The notes under the pieces: model-generated
Told to the model about the DNA's origin: nothing
Database searches by the model: none
The model's input: the letters and a program-made list of their open reading frames with translations, nothing else
Position numbers and translations under genes: made by a program
Shown here: positions 26,701 to 40,500 of the stretch, piece by piece
How the letters are laid out: every line of letters begins with the position of its first letter
Position numbering within the stretch: the first letter of the stretch is position 1
NCBI RefSeq assembly: GCF_964355755.1
Contig: NC_092672.1
Span: forward strand, 19,047,237 to 19,111,236
Origin: Antedon mediterranea
Lineage: Eukaryota; Animalia; Echinodermata
Reading direction: 5' to 3'
Length of the DNA stretch: 64,000 bases

Positions 26701-28594
26701 CAGTGCTAAATTGCTATGTGAATGTCATATATCATATTATTAAATGTTTCCTATTCTTTATCATTGTGTTTTACTATAACCAAATTGGTTAGAGTAAAAC
26801 ACAGTGCTAAATTGCTATGTAAATGTCATTTATCATATTATTAAGTGTTTCCTATTCTTTGTCATTGTGTTTTACTCTAACCAAATTGGTTATAGTAAAA
26901 CACAGTGCTAAATTGCTATGTAATGACATTTATCATATTATTAAATGTTTCCTATTCTATATCATTGTGCTTTACCATAACCAAATTGGTTATAGTAAAA
27001 CATGGTGCTAAATTGCTATGTAAATAATCATTATTATTAAATGTTTCCTATTCTATATCATTGTGCTTTACCATAACCAAATTGGTTATAGTAAAACACA
27101 GTGATAAATTGCTATGTAAATGTCATTTATCATATTATTAAATGTTTCCTATTCTTTATCATTATGTTTTACTTTAACCAAATTGGTTATAGTAAAACAC
27201 AGTGCTAAATTGCTATGTAAATGTCATTTATCATATTATTAAATGTTTCCTATTCTATATCATTGTGCTTTACCATAACCAAATTGGTTATAGTAAAACA
27301 CAGTGATAAATTGCTATGTAAATGTCATTTATCATATTATTAAATGTTTCCTATTCTATATCATTGTGTTTTACTATAACCAAATTGGTTATAGTAAAAC
27401 ACAGTGCTAAATTGCTATGTAAATAATCATTATTATTAAATATTTCCTATTCTTTATCATTGTGTTTTACTCTAACCAAATTGGTTATAGTAAAACACAG
27501 TGCTAAATTGCTATGTAAATGTCATATATCATATTATTAAATTCCTATTCTTTATCATTCTGCTTTACTTTAACCAAATTGGTTATAGTAAAACACAGTG
27601 CTAAATTGCTATGTAAATGTCATTTATCATATTATTAAGTGTTTCCTATTCTTTATCATTGTGTTTTACTTTAACCAAATTGGTTATAGTAAAACACAGT
27701 GCTAAATTGCTATGTAAATGTCATTTATCAAATTATTAAATGTTTCCTATTCTATATCATTGTGTTTTACTCTAACCAAATTGGTTATAGTAAAACACAG
27801 TGCTAAATTGCTATGTGAATGTCATATATCATATTATTAAATGTTTCCTATTCTTTATCATTGTGTTTTACTATAACCAAATTGGTTAGAGTAAAACACA
27901 GTGCTAAATTGCTATGTAAATAATCATTATTATTAAATGTTTCCTATTCTTTATCATTGTGTTTTACTCTAACCAAATTGGTTATAGTAAAACACAGTGA
28001 TAAATTGCTATGTAAATGTCATTTATCATATTATTAAATGTTTCCTATTCTATATCATTGTGTTTTACTATAACCAAATTGGTTATAGTAAAACACAGTG
28101 CTAAATTGCTATGTAAATAATCATTATTATTAAATATTTCCTATTCTTTATCATTGTGTTTTACTCTAACCAAATTGGTTATAGTAAAACACAGTGCTAA
28201 ATTGCTATGTAAATGTCATATATCATATTATTAAATTCCTATTCTTTATCATTCTGCTTTACTTTAACCAAATTGGTTATAGTAAAACACAGTGCTAAAT
28301 TTCTATGTAAATGTCATTTATCATATTATTAAATATTTCCTATTCTTTATCATTGTGTTTTACTCTAACCAAATTGGTTATAGTAAAACACAGTGCTAAA
28401 TTGCTATGTAAATGTCATATATCATATTATTAAATTCCTATTCTTTATCATTCTGCTTTACTTTAACCAAATTGGTTATAGTAAAACACAGTGCTAAATT
28501 GCTATGTAAAATGACATTTATCATATTATTAAATGTTTCCTATTCTTTATCATTGTGTTTTACTCTAACCAAATTGGTTATTGTAAAACACAGT
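23800..28594 (+). repeat. Right array of ~100-bp palindromic satellite (~48 units, higher-order structure)
   Basis: Monomer core TATCATTGTGTTTTACTATAACCA-AAT-TGGTTATAGTAAAACACAGTGATA; identical variant blocks recur at 25130, 25726 and 26823. Confidence 0.97.
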
Positions 28595-29271
28595 ATATTT
28601 TACCTCAACAACATCGCCGCAAAATTGTTTATACGTTTATTTTGATTGGCTAACTAAAGTACGGTCTAATGAATATTGATATCAGAAGATTCCCTAGCTT
28701 AGTGAAAAAGTTTTATTACCAAAAATATGCTGATTACGTCACTACCGGAAGTTGTAGTCTAGCATGATGCAGACGCAATTGATTATGTACGTTTGTTAAA
28801 CATATAAAAAGCTGTAAATTACCACAAAACGACAATAGGAAAGAATTCAAAGAAATGCCCTACGTGTTCAAAATCATTGTTTTAATATAGTCTGTATGTA
28901 TAACTAACAATTGACCTTGTGGAAGAGCGTATAAATTTAATTTAAAGTAAAACATGATTTACTCGCCAATTTGGTATTGGATATATAGCTCAGCCAGCTG
29001 CTGACGACTCGAGCGAGCATATTGTTTGTATTTTGTTGTGATTATTTACTCCACTCCACACATCAATTGGTAGAGGTCCTACTGATCATCATACTCCAAT
29101 GCACGGTTCTAAAAAATGTTGTGTAAGGCTTCAAACTGGACAATAGATTTAAATGGCCAACTTCCTTTTCAGTACCTTTTCCCATTCAGTTTCTAATATA
29201 AATTTACTAATCATTTTTTTTGTGCATTGCATATTTTTATCAATAAATAAACTGATATATTTTACATTAAG

Positions 29272-29490
29272 TCGACAAGTGCCAACTAGTTGTGGATGTG
29301 TAGAACTTAGTGCCAACTAGTTGTGGATGTGTAGAACTTAGTGCCAGCTAGTTGTGGATGTGTAGAACTTAGTGCCAGCTAGTTGTGGAGGTGTAGAACT
29401 TAGTGCCACCTAGTTGTGGAGGTGTAAACTTAGTTATAGCAGTCGACAAGTGCCAGCTAGTTGTGGATGTGTAGAACTTGGTTATAGCAT
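29272..29490. repeat. 31-bp minisatellite x~6
   Basis: Unit AGTGCCAACTAGTTGTGGATGTGTAGAACTT. Confidence 0.92.
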
Positions 29491-31370
29491 TCTACTAGTT
29501 CCCCCTCATAAATATTGCTATTGACATTTATGATATGGATCACATGACTATAACATACAACAGGTACACCAATATTGCGGCATAGCAAAAGCACTTTTTA
29601 TTGAAAAATAAATAAATCCCTCTCTTTTGTTTTTGTACAAATTATGATATGTATGTATTCTCTCTTTCTGTTACTGAATTCCATTTCATAACTTAAATTT
29701 TCAATATGAAACTAGCAGAGCACAAAACTATATCAGCCTAGAAGGCTAACAGTACACAATTCTATCCATTACATGGATACACATAATTGGAGAGTCTATA
29801 GGCTGCCCTATGCCTAAATTATTTCACTGAATACATACATACATTTTATACACGTTGTGATACTAAAAACTATTTTCATATTACTTGTAAATGTGTCCAA
29901 TATGTAACAATATTTTTTAGCATTAGAATATAAATATTGCACATGGAAATATTGTTCAATATACCATATATACCATTTGTTGGGCACACAATGGTAAATA
30001 ACCTCAATAACACTGTAGTGATAGGCCTGATAGACAAAAACGTGGCAAAAATGCATTTTAAACAAAACACAATAGTATGCTGTATTAAAACAGTAGGCCT
30101 ATATTATATCGTGGCCTTATTTTATAAAGGTATCATAAAACTAGAATATGAAATTCTTATTAAACCATTTAGTGAAAATATATTATAACATCTAGTGCAT
30201 GCTAAATTTAATTTCTGTTGTCGATGGGTTTGGTCAGTCCTTTTAAAAAGAAAAAAAAAGAAAAAAACAAAAGGTAATATATTTCTCAATATAAATTACT
30301 GACCTAAAACATTTTGGGTGTTCCTTTCTTTTTATATTATAATTTTTTAGGAAACATTTCAGTGTTTTATTTTACCACACATTCAGTATAAGTCATATCA
30401 TTTCCATTTTAAATTAATTTCTAATAGATTTTCACAATAGGCTTTAAAAGGGAATGTTAAAACGGGATTGTAATGTATGAAATTATAAGCTTAAAGAAAA
30501 TAATAACAATACATGGAATGTTAACAAAACATATTTCTACCTTTTACCTTATAATAAAGTTTACTTTATATTATTACAATACATACTATAGATGCTTTAG
30601 ATTTATAGTTTGAACAATTTTTTTTTTATAAAACATCCCAATATTTTATTTTGGCAACATAAACACAAGTTCTAAAGTACATTAAAATTTGTTTCTGTCA
30701 TGAGAAAAAAATCCTGTCAGGATTTGGACCTACTGTATGACATGGGAAGGTAGCCAAGCATATTAAAAATCAAGCAACAACTCCACTATGCAAAGCTACA
30801 GTACAACCTCCTTCATAAAATTAATAAACCAAAATGTATTTATATTTTGTTTTAAAAGGTTTTAAAAGTATTTTTTAATCATCTGCAAAGTGACTTGCAC
30901 ATAATGCTTGACATGGTGAAAATGTGAGCTGAATAAAAATATTTCAGAAAATTTTATTTGAATACAGTTCATGGGTGGATCCAGTGTTACACAATTAGGT
31001 TAATAAAGTAAATTAGGATAGGATTCAATGGGTTTTTTTTAGGAAAGTGGGATGTAATGCAATGAAATGCATTGAATAAACACTTACTTTTATTTACTGA
31101 CGGATGAATACAGGTAGACAGTAATACTAGAAGCACAATTTGCATTGAAAAAAATAGTCTATTATTAAAATAGATGTAGTGCAATAGCACACACCTGTAC
31201 CAGTCTTGAAAAGACTAGTAATGGTAGCACTCATATCAACTGCAATTAATGTATGCAAGTGCAAATATACTGAATACTAACGGACTACATTATTATATAT
31301 GAATATACAATACATGTGCTTAAGTGATTGTTTTCAATTCAATAAGCGAGAATTTTTGCTTAGATTCTTG

Positions 31371-31583
31371 CTAAATGACTTGCGATTGTTCATGGTCAAT
31401 ACTTGAATGATGAGCGTGCACTGTGACTTGTGTCGTTGTAGGCCTCATACACGTTGAATGACTTGGGCTATCTGAACGATCTCTACCTTCAGGAGATGGC
31501 CTAAGTGACTGTAGATTGATCTGCTCTCCAAGGAATATTCGCAGTTCTTGGCCTAGCTTTCTATCATTCTCTTGTATCCATTC
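31371..31583 (-). CDS. TPCN1: TPC1 last coding exon (EWIQEND...SQVI*)
   Basis: AG acceptor at 31584-31585; open frame to TAG at 31371. Confidence 0.83.
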   Translation of the reverse strand, partial: EWIQENDRKLGQELRIFLGEQINLQSLRPSPEGRDRSDSPSHSTCMRPTTTQVTVHAHHSSIDHEQSQVI

Positions 31584-34500
31584 CTGTTATGGATAATTAT
31601 CATACACAGAATATCATTTGATTGAACAAAGTTGGTCTTTAGTTACATAAAGCACATAACCTGCTACCATGTCAATACATACAGAGGTCATTTTTATAAC
31701 TGTGTACAAAATCAATATCCAACAATATATAACATTAGGAGTTAGAGGATGGGATTTTTCCAATCATAACATAAACAACCTTCTAAAAATAGCGAAAAAC
31801 TAAATCAAAACGATAATGTAAAACAGCCAGAAAAGTATATGGCCCAATCCTGTCAACACAGACAATGACCTCAGATCAGTATTATTAAACTAAGATTAGG
31901 AAAACTTCTTCTGTTGCTGATGAGATCCATTTGGTTTATTTGTTAAAGAGAGAAATAGTATAAATAATAGAATGAATTCCAAAGGAGGAGTGTGTAATCA
32001 ATATTACTGTAGGCCAAGCAATTGTCAATTGAGAAGTAAAGGTGATGTAATAATAAAATAATACCTTCATCTCTTCAGCATACATTGTTTTGTTTAAGTC
32101 AGCTTTGGTTCTCTGTCGATATCCCTTGAATGTAGTTATCCCCTGGTAAAAAATAACACTTTTAATCATCAAAATCAACTAGCATTCTGGATCACTGATC
32201 TCACAATGATGGCCTGACTATAGGGCTAGATTTGAGCTCAATTGTATGTAAAGTTGGGTGCTATTATATTATTATTGTATTCGACTACTAACTAAACTGG
32301 TTTAAACTGGTTAAACAGTGAATCAAGTATTCAAATGTTTTGCCCTTCTGTGATGTAACTGAACTGAATACACTAGAGAATACTTTTAATCAAATTTTTA
32401 CTATCTGGCTAGATAAAACATTGGCCGAAACCTCTGATGATGCAAACCCATAAAAATATCATAAATTTGGTTCATCCATCAGAGCGAGGCTTGGTGGCCT
32501 TGGACGTTATGGGATTTAAGTCCCACTAGGAGGAACCTGCAAAATATTTTTAGAAAGAAATATCTATATATTACATGTTATATGTCTTTGATGTTAAATC
32601 GTAGATATACTGTATCAGGCCTGTATACCTTTTCATGAAGAATATTTTTCTGACTAGAGCAGCAATGATTGTATAAGGAAATTAGCCTAAATTTGTTCCC
32701 CTTTTGTGGAAAAATAAACCCCTGGTAACATTTTGGCTATAGGCTGATTATCTGGTTTACAATGACCTAAAGCTCTGTCTACAATATCAAACTACATGTG
32801 ACAAGAAAATGTGATGTGCCCATATATGATGAGGTCATATCACTACCATATTTAGCCACATCACACTTTTTTTCACATAAAGTTTGATAGTGTAGACAGA
32901 GCTTAAGCATTGTTTTGGATGATGAAACAGTTTCACTGTCACTTAATACTCAGACATTATACAAATAATGAATGTTTATGTGTGCAATAATTGTACATTT
33001 CATTATGAAAAGGTGAAAATCTTTTACTGGTTATAAACATTCATTATTTGTTTTATAACACACCTAGTTTAAAGTCAAAGACCTAAACCAATCGAAAAAG
33101 TAAAATTATAGACAGCGCACACTACAGGTTTTTTTTTGCGCATGGTTGCTCAATTTAACAAGAATGAGCACACATAATTATAACAAACAAATTGCATATA
33201 ACACATCTGATGACATAGGATTTTAATGGAGCAGTTACTGTATTAAATATCATGTGACACACAATCCTCCAATCAAATGAATCTCAGGTGTATTATAACA
33301 CAGCATGATCAAAATAAAGGTAAATTGAAAAGTATGTAATCAAGTGATGAGAATTATAAAATTAACTTACTGTTGTTCTAAGTTGCTGTAGAAGTAGCAT
33401 CAGGTTAAGGTCCTTTATGGCATCTGGAAAGTGTTTTTCAATTTCTGTCGGAGTGATTGAAGCCTCAAATTCAACAACTGCGTCAGCTAAACAAGAAAAT
33501 ATTATAAATTTATTGTAAAATGATAATAACACATGGTGTTAATCTCACCACTGTGTAGTGGTATTTAGAGGAAAATGGTGATTTTGAAATATAAAAAAAA
33601 ATTACTGAATAGGTTTCTCATGTTGTTGTATTGTTTTAGAGTGGGTAAAGTGTAGGCCCATGGTGGAGAGAAAAACAAACAGGTAATATTATGCATAATT
33701 GTGTAGTCATGTGACCTTGCAGTCAATTTCTCGGAATAAGGAATGTGGATAAGATTGAAGATGCATAAATAAAGTAAATTAATACCATTGGTGTTAATAT
33801 CTTGTTGTTCAGTTGTGTTCTCTGCGTTGTGTTTATACTGCATTCTAAAGATAAACGCTTCCAAGATGAATGCAATTATTATTGTAACAACCACCTAAAA
33901 TAGATCAAAAAAAGTTTCAATACTGTAAACAAGTTTCAATACTGTAAACAAGTTTCAATACTGTAAACAAGTTTCAATACTGTAAACAAGTTTCAATACT
34001 GTAAACAAGTTTCAATACTGTAAACAAGTTTCAATACTGTAAACAAGTTTCAATACTGTAAACAAGTTTCAATACTGTAAACAAGTTTCAATACTGTAAA
34101 AAAATGTCAATACTGTAAACAAGTTTCAATACTGTAAACAAGTTTCAATACTGTAAACAAGTTTCAATACTGTAAACAAGTTTCAATACTGTAAACAAGT
34201 TTCAATACTGCAGTGTAAACAAGTTTCAATACTGTAAACAAGTTTCAATACTGAAAACAAGTTTCAATACTGTAAACAAGTTTCAATACTGTAAACAAGT
34301 TTCAATACTGTAAAAAAATGTCAATACTGTAAACAAGTTTCAATACTGTAAACAAGTTTCAATACTGTAAACAAGTTTCAATACTGTAAACAAGTTTCAA
34401 TACTGTAAACAAGTTTCAACACTGTAAACAAGTTTCAATACTGTAAACAAGTTTCAATACTGTAAACAAGTTTCAATACTGTAAACAAGTTTCTATACTG

Positions 34501-37500
34501 TAAACAAGTTTCAATACTAAAGTTTCTATACTGTAAACAAGTTTCAATACTGAAGTTTCAATACTGTAAACAAGTTTCAATACTGTAAACAAGTTTCAAT
34601 ACTGTAAACAAGTTTCAATACTGTAAACGAGTTTCAATACTGTAAACGAGTTTCAATACTGTAAACGAGTTTCAATACTGTAAACGAGTTTCAATACTGT
34701 AAACGAGTTTCAATACTGTAAACAAGTTTCAATACTGTAAACAAGTTTCAATACTGTAAACAAGTTTCTATACTGTAAACAAGTTTCAATACTGAAGTTT
34801 CTATACTGTAAACAAGTTTCAATACTGTAAACAAGTTTCAATACTGTAAACAAGTTTCAATACTGTAAACAAGTTTCAATACTGTAAACAAGTTTCAATA
34901 CTGTAAACGAGTTTCAATACTGTAAACGAGTTTCAATACTGTAAACAAGTTTCAATACTGTAAACGAGTTTCAATACTGTAAACGAGTTTCAATACTGTA
35001 AACAAGTTTCAATACTGTAAACAAGTATCAATACTGTAAACAAGTATCAATACTGTAAACGAGTTTCAATACTGTAAACGAGTTTCAATACTGTAAACGA
35101 GTTTCAATACTGTAAACAAGTATCAATACTGTAAACAAGTATCAATACTGTAAACAAGTATCAATACTGTAAACAAGTATCAATACTGTAAACAAGTTTC
35201 AATACTGTAAACAAGTATCAATACTGTAAACGAGTTTCAATACTGTAAACGAGTTTCAATACTGTAAACAAGTTTCAATACTGTAAACAAGTATCAATAC
35301 TGTAAACAAGTATCAATACTGTAAACGAGTTTCAATACTGTAAACGAGTTTCAATACTGTAAACAAGTATCAATACTGTAAACAAGTATCAATACTGTAA
35401 ACAAGTTTCAATACTGTAAACAAGTATCAATACTGTAAACAGTATCAAATAAAGCAATCACTTTCAAATCATTGTCAGTTATACAGTAGTTTTCATTTTA
35501 ATACTTTAAGCATTTTTTAATGCATAAACAATATAGAAAGTTATATGAATTAAATTGTACTTCTATGTGACAATATGATCTGCAGTTATATTTTTATATC
35601 TAATTTTTAGTGGCTTCATTAAACTTATAATTGATTGGACTTCATCAAATTATCTGTACCTTAAAAATAAATTGATAAACAAAATAGTATAGTGCATATA
35701 TTAAAGATTCTAATGTTTTGTAATTTGAAATTCTTACCATACTAGACAAATAAAAGACAATAAAATACACTCTGCTCCATTCACTCCTCACCTCAGCTAC
35801 ACCATTCTGAAAAATAAATAGCGATGGATAAAGTTAAAGCATATCAAATATAATTATCTCATACTTTTATTGGTTTTTCAATGCCATGTTGTTTACAAAT
35901 ATATTTAAACCAGTATTTAAATACAATATGCCACGTTTGAACTGATTGGTTAATAGACACGGTAAATTGTCAACTGCAGACATGAAGCAGTATTTGTATT
36001 CAGGGTACAGAATGTTGCCAGCTTTAACTTGGTGGGATGTGGTTTACGATGTATTGGTTAAAATGTTACTGTTCAAATGTTGTTGAAGACATTTCCCTGT
36101 GATACATGTATACATATTCCTTGACTCCATTTTAACATATAGTACAGTCTCCAGATTACATAGCCTATATTTTAAATCCTCACTTGTATAATGAGCAACA
36201 ATAGGCCTGTTTTAAATAAGCACATAATTTACAAAAATGTCATTATTGTATTAAAATTAATAAATTTACTTACCATAATGATATGCCAATTGTTGACAAC
36301 CATAAGTTCAAATAAGGTCACTGTTAAAGAAGACATTTTTCATAAAATTAACACATTTTTTAATTTAGGACCAAATATCAGAATTACCTTGCTACTGCTC
36401 AAAGTTTTACATAGAATCAAAGAATATATATCACAAGAATGAGTATTCCGCGATTTTTGCCTGAGAAATTTGTAACAGAGTGATGCCGCCCTCGTAAGGA
36501 CGGATGTATACATACTAAATAAGACTTGATTTAATAGATATTATAGATGTCACATTAAATAAAATTGATAATATATTTTGCAATTGTAAACCATTTTATA
36601 ATACATAATTATTAACAAACTAGTGTACATTCACTTTTACAGACAATTATTTACTAACATGCTAAATTAGATCACAAAAAAGGCCTAACAAAGCAACACC
36701 AAAAATCAACAAATCGTTACTCAGCACGGCCTATACTTTACCATTGCCGTGTACTACTCTACGCCTGGTAAATTAAGTATTGTTTTTATGATATAAATTA
36801 GTATAAGATACATGTTATTAATAGGAAAAAATGTTAAATTTCATTAACATTTATTTGTTTTACCAGAAACAAGTTAAATATAGGAATATTATTAAACTAT
36901 CCTTCGTGAAAACGCGTAAACACCAACACGCCCGGTCACGCTATCGTAGCGCCCGGTTGATGAAGCAAACTTTTTATACGGCAGTTTTTACTGAATAAAT
37001 TGCATGAAACGAACAATTAAATATCCAAACAGCATTTAACATGATGTTGTCATGTAGTTGATAACATTTTTTATCATGAAAATACTACCGGTGGTCCAGC
37101 CTTTGATTAGTGTAACCGTCACAATAAGTTGTATACATCCCAGATACATCCTCACTTATGGCGGCGTCCTACCACATGAACAATATTACTGTTACAGGGA
37201 AAATCGCGGATTACTCATTCTTGTGATATATATTCTTTGATAGAATGATTGATTAAATCTTACCATAACTGTAAATAATATCATTGAAATTGTTTAGATA
37301 AAAATATTCCATAAACTGCGTTGAGTTGCTGTAGTAATTTTCTACAGACGTATTTCTGAAATAAAAAAACACAAAAATAAAAAAAGTATAAAATAAAAAA
37401 AATAATAAAAAGACAGAATACGACTAACTTTTCTATTTCCATTTATTAGACAGATGGTGCCAAAAAAGAAGTGAATGGTCAATAATATAATCATGTGTTA

Positions 37501-40500
37501 AAACAGTTAAAATCAGAAACTCTAAAAAACAACCAGAACTTTTCTAAGGTCCAAAATTGTCAATAAATTGTATGGTTGACTGTTACACCCAAAAGTAACT
37601 CTCGCATGAATTGCACACATTTCTCAAAACTCATACAAAAATGTGCAATAGGACCATTTATTGAACCATTAAAAATCACTTGTTAAGTAGACCAAATATT
37701 GAATGGCACAAGATACAAAATCAACTAATCAAATGGAAAGGATCGATATAGCACTTTTGTATGTTAATAAAACAATATTTCCGCTGTATACAATCGTTGT
37801 TAGTAAATTGAAATTTGACAGATTCACATTTTAATGTACATGTAGGTACACAAATACATTTATTAAAAAATGTGGTGTGCCCATATATTTACATGATGAT
37901 GTCATTTCACTATTGTATATGGGCATATCAATACCATATTTAGGCACATCACTTCTGTTTCCTTTTTCAAAACAACATTTGTCTAGAGAAAAACGATAAA
38001 ATAACAGAGAATAATAATTGTATACTTACTGGCAACAGTTCTCAAGAGGAAGATCATGAAAAAGTTCCATTCCAATAATAGCATAAAAGTAAAACATAAT
38101 TACTAACACAATACAAACGCTGTGGAAAATATTTAAAAAGAGGTTTGTTAGTGTCAAAATAGGAATTTAATGGGTGCACTGTAAGGTCATATGAATGGAA
38201 ACTCTTCTTCTAGATTTATATAGGTTAAAGGGCGGAATAAGTGAAAAATAATGTCCTTTATCAATTAGATATTAGAGAATGTTTTAATTCTAAGGGTAAA
38301 TGGTTAGCTTACCAAAGAGGGCTATGTTTCTGCTGTTATGAATGTATGGTCCAATTGATGAAGTATATTGGGTAAATGATTAGCTTACCAAAGAGAGCTG
38401 TTTCTGCTGTTATGAATGTATGGTCCAATGAAGTATATTGGGTAAATGATTAGCTTACCGAAGAGGGCTATGTTTCTGCTGTTATGAATGTATGGTCCAA
38501 GTATATTGGGTAAATGATTACTTACCAAAGAGGGCTATGTTTCTGCTGTTATGAATGTATGGTTCAATTGATGAAGTATATTGGGTAAATGGTTAGCTTA
38601 CCAAAGAGGGCTATGTTTCTGCTGTTATGAATGTATGGTCCAATTGATGAAGTATATTGGGTAAATGATTAGCTTACCAAAGAGAGCTGTTTCTGCTGTT
38701 ATGAATGTATGGTCCAATGAAGTATATTGGGTAAATGATTAGCTTACCGAAGAGGGCTATGTTTCTGCTGTTATGAATGTATGGTCCAAGTATATTGGGT
38801 AAATGATTACTTACCAAAGAGGGCTATGTTTCTGCTGTTATGAATGTATGGTTCAATTGATGAAGTATATTGGGTAAATGGTTAGCTTACCAAAGAGGGC
38901 TATGTTTCTGCTGTTATGAATGTATGGTCCAATTGATGAAGTATATTGGGTAAATGATTAGCTTACCAAAGAGAGCTGTTTCTGCTGTTATGAATGTATG
39001 GTCCAATGAAGTATATTGGGTAAATGATTAGCTTACCGAAGAGGGCTATGTTTCTGCTGTTATGAATGTATGGTCCAAGTATATTGGGTAAATGATTACT
39101 TACCAAAGAGGGCTATGTTTCTGCTGTTATGAATGTATGGTTCAATTGATGAAGTATATTGGGTAAATGGTTAGCTTACCAAAGAGGGCTATGTTTCTGC
39201 TGTTATGAATGTATGGTCCAATTGATGAAGTATATTGGGTAAATGATTAGCTTACCAAAGAGAGCTGTTTCTGCTGTTATGAATGTATGGTCCAATGAAG
39301 TATATTGGGTAAATGATTAGCTTACCGAAGAGGGCTATGTTTCTGCTGTTATGAATGTATGGTCCAAGTATATTGGGTAAATGATTACTTACCAAAGAGG
39401 GCTATGTTTCTGCTGTTATGAATGTATGGTTCAATTGATGAAGTATATTGGGTAAATGGTTAGCTTACCAAAGAGGGCTATGTTTCTGCTGTTATGAATG
39501 TATGGTCCAATTGATGAAGTATATTGGGTAAATGATTAGCTTACCAAAGAGAGCTGTTTCTGCTGTTATGAATGTATGGTCCAATGAAGTATATTGGGTA
39601 AATGATTAGCTTACCGAAGAGGGCTATGTTTCTGCTGTTAAGAATGTATGGTCCAATTGATGAAGTATATTGGGTAAATGATTACTTACCAAAGAGGGCT
39701 ATGTTTCTGCTGTTATGAATGTATGGTTCAATTGATGAAGTATATTGGGTAAATGATTAGCTTACCAAAGAGGGCTATGTTTCTGCTGTTATGAATGTAT
39801 GGTTCAATTGATGAATTATATTGGGTAAATGATTAGCTTACCAAAGAGGGCTATGTTTCTGCTGTTATGAATGTATGGTTCAATTGATGAAGTATATTGG
39901 GTAAATGATTAGCTTACCAAAGAGGGCTATGTTTCTGCAGTTATGAATGTATGGTTCAATTGATGAAGTATATTGGTTAAATGATTAGCTTACCAAAGAG
40001 GGCTATGTTTCTGCTGTTATGAATGTATGGTCCAATTGATGAAGTATATTGGGTAAATGATTAGCTTACCAAAGAGGGCTATGTTTCTGCTGTTATGAAT
40101 GTATGGTCCAATTGATGAAGTATATTGGGTAAATGATTAGCTTACCAAAGAGGGCTATGTTTCTGCTGTTATGAATGTATGGTCCAATTGATGAAGTATA
40201 TTGGGTAAATGATTAGCTTACCAAAGAGGGCTATGTTTCTGCTGTTATGAATGTATGGTCCAATTGATATATAAAAATATATTAATATTTGAAAGCAAAT
40301 TTAGGAACCCTAACAAGATATCCATATTGCCTCTTATTGATGTTTAGTGGCATGTGCAATATTTTTATTAATAATAAACAATTGTTAAAATTGAACAAAC
40401 CTCCACAATCTGGGAAGCAACACATACGCAGTCGCCAAGACATCTCGATAACGCTTTTTTACCTTGAATAACCTTTAAAAATGTAACATGTTTAAAGGTT

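Larger units (their letters stand above)
16706..28990. mobile_element. ~12.3-kb foldback-like composite element with inverted hairpin-satellite arms
   Basis: After removing the P-MITE, left end AGGTATATAAACTATACCAAACTGGCGAGTAAATCATGTTTTACT matches the reverse complement of the right end (AGCTATATATCCAATACCAAATTGGCGAGTAAATCATGTTTTACT); CAGCC on both flanks. Confidence 0.75.

Noticed and set aside
18601-28594. CRISPR-like array of palindromic repeats
   Set aside because: Sequences between hairpins are repeated rather than unique spacers; no cas genes; eukaryotic context.
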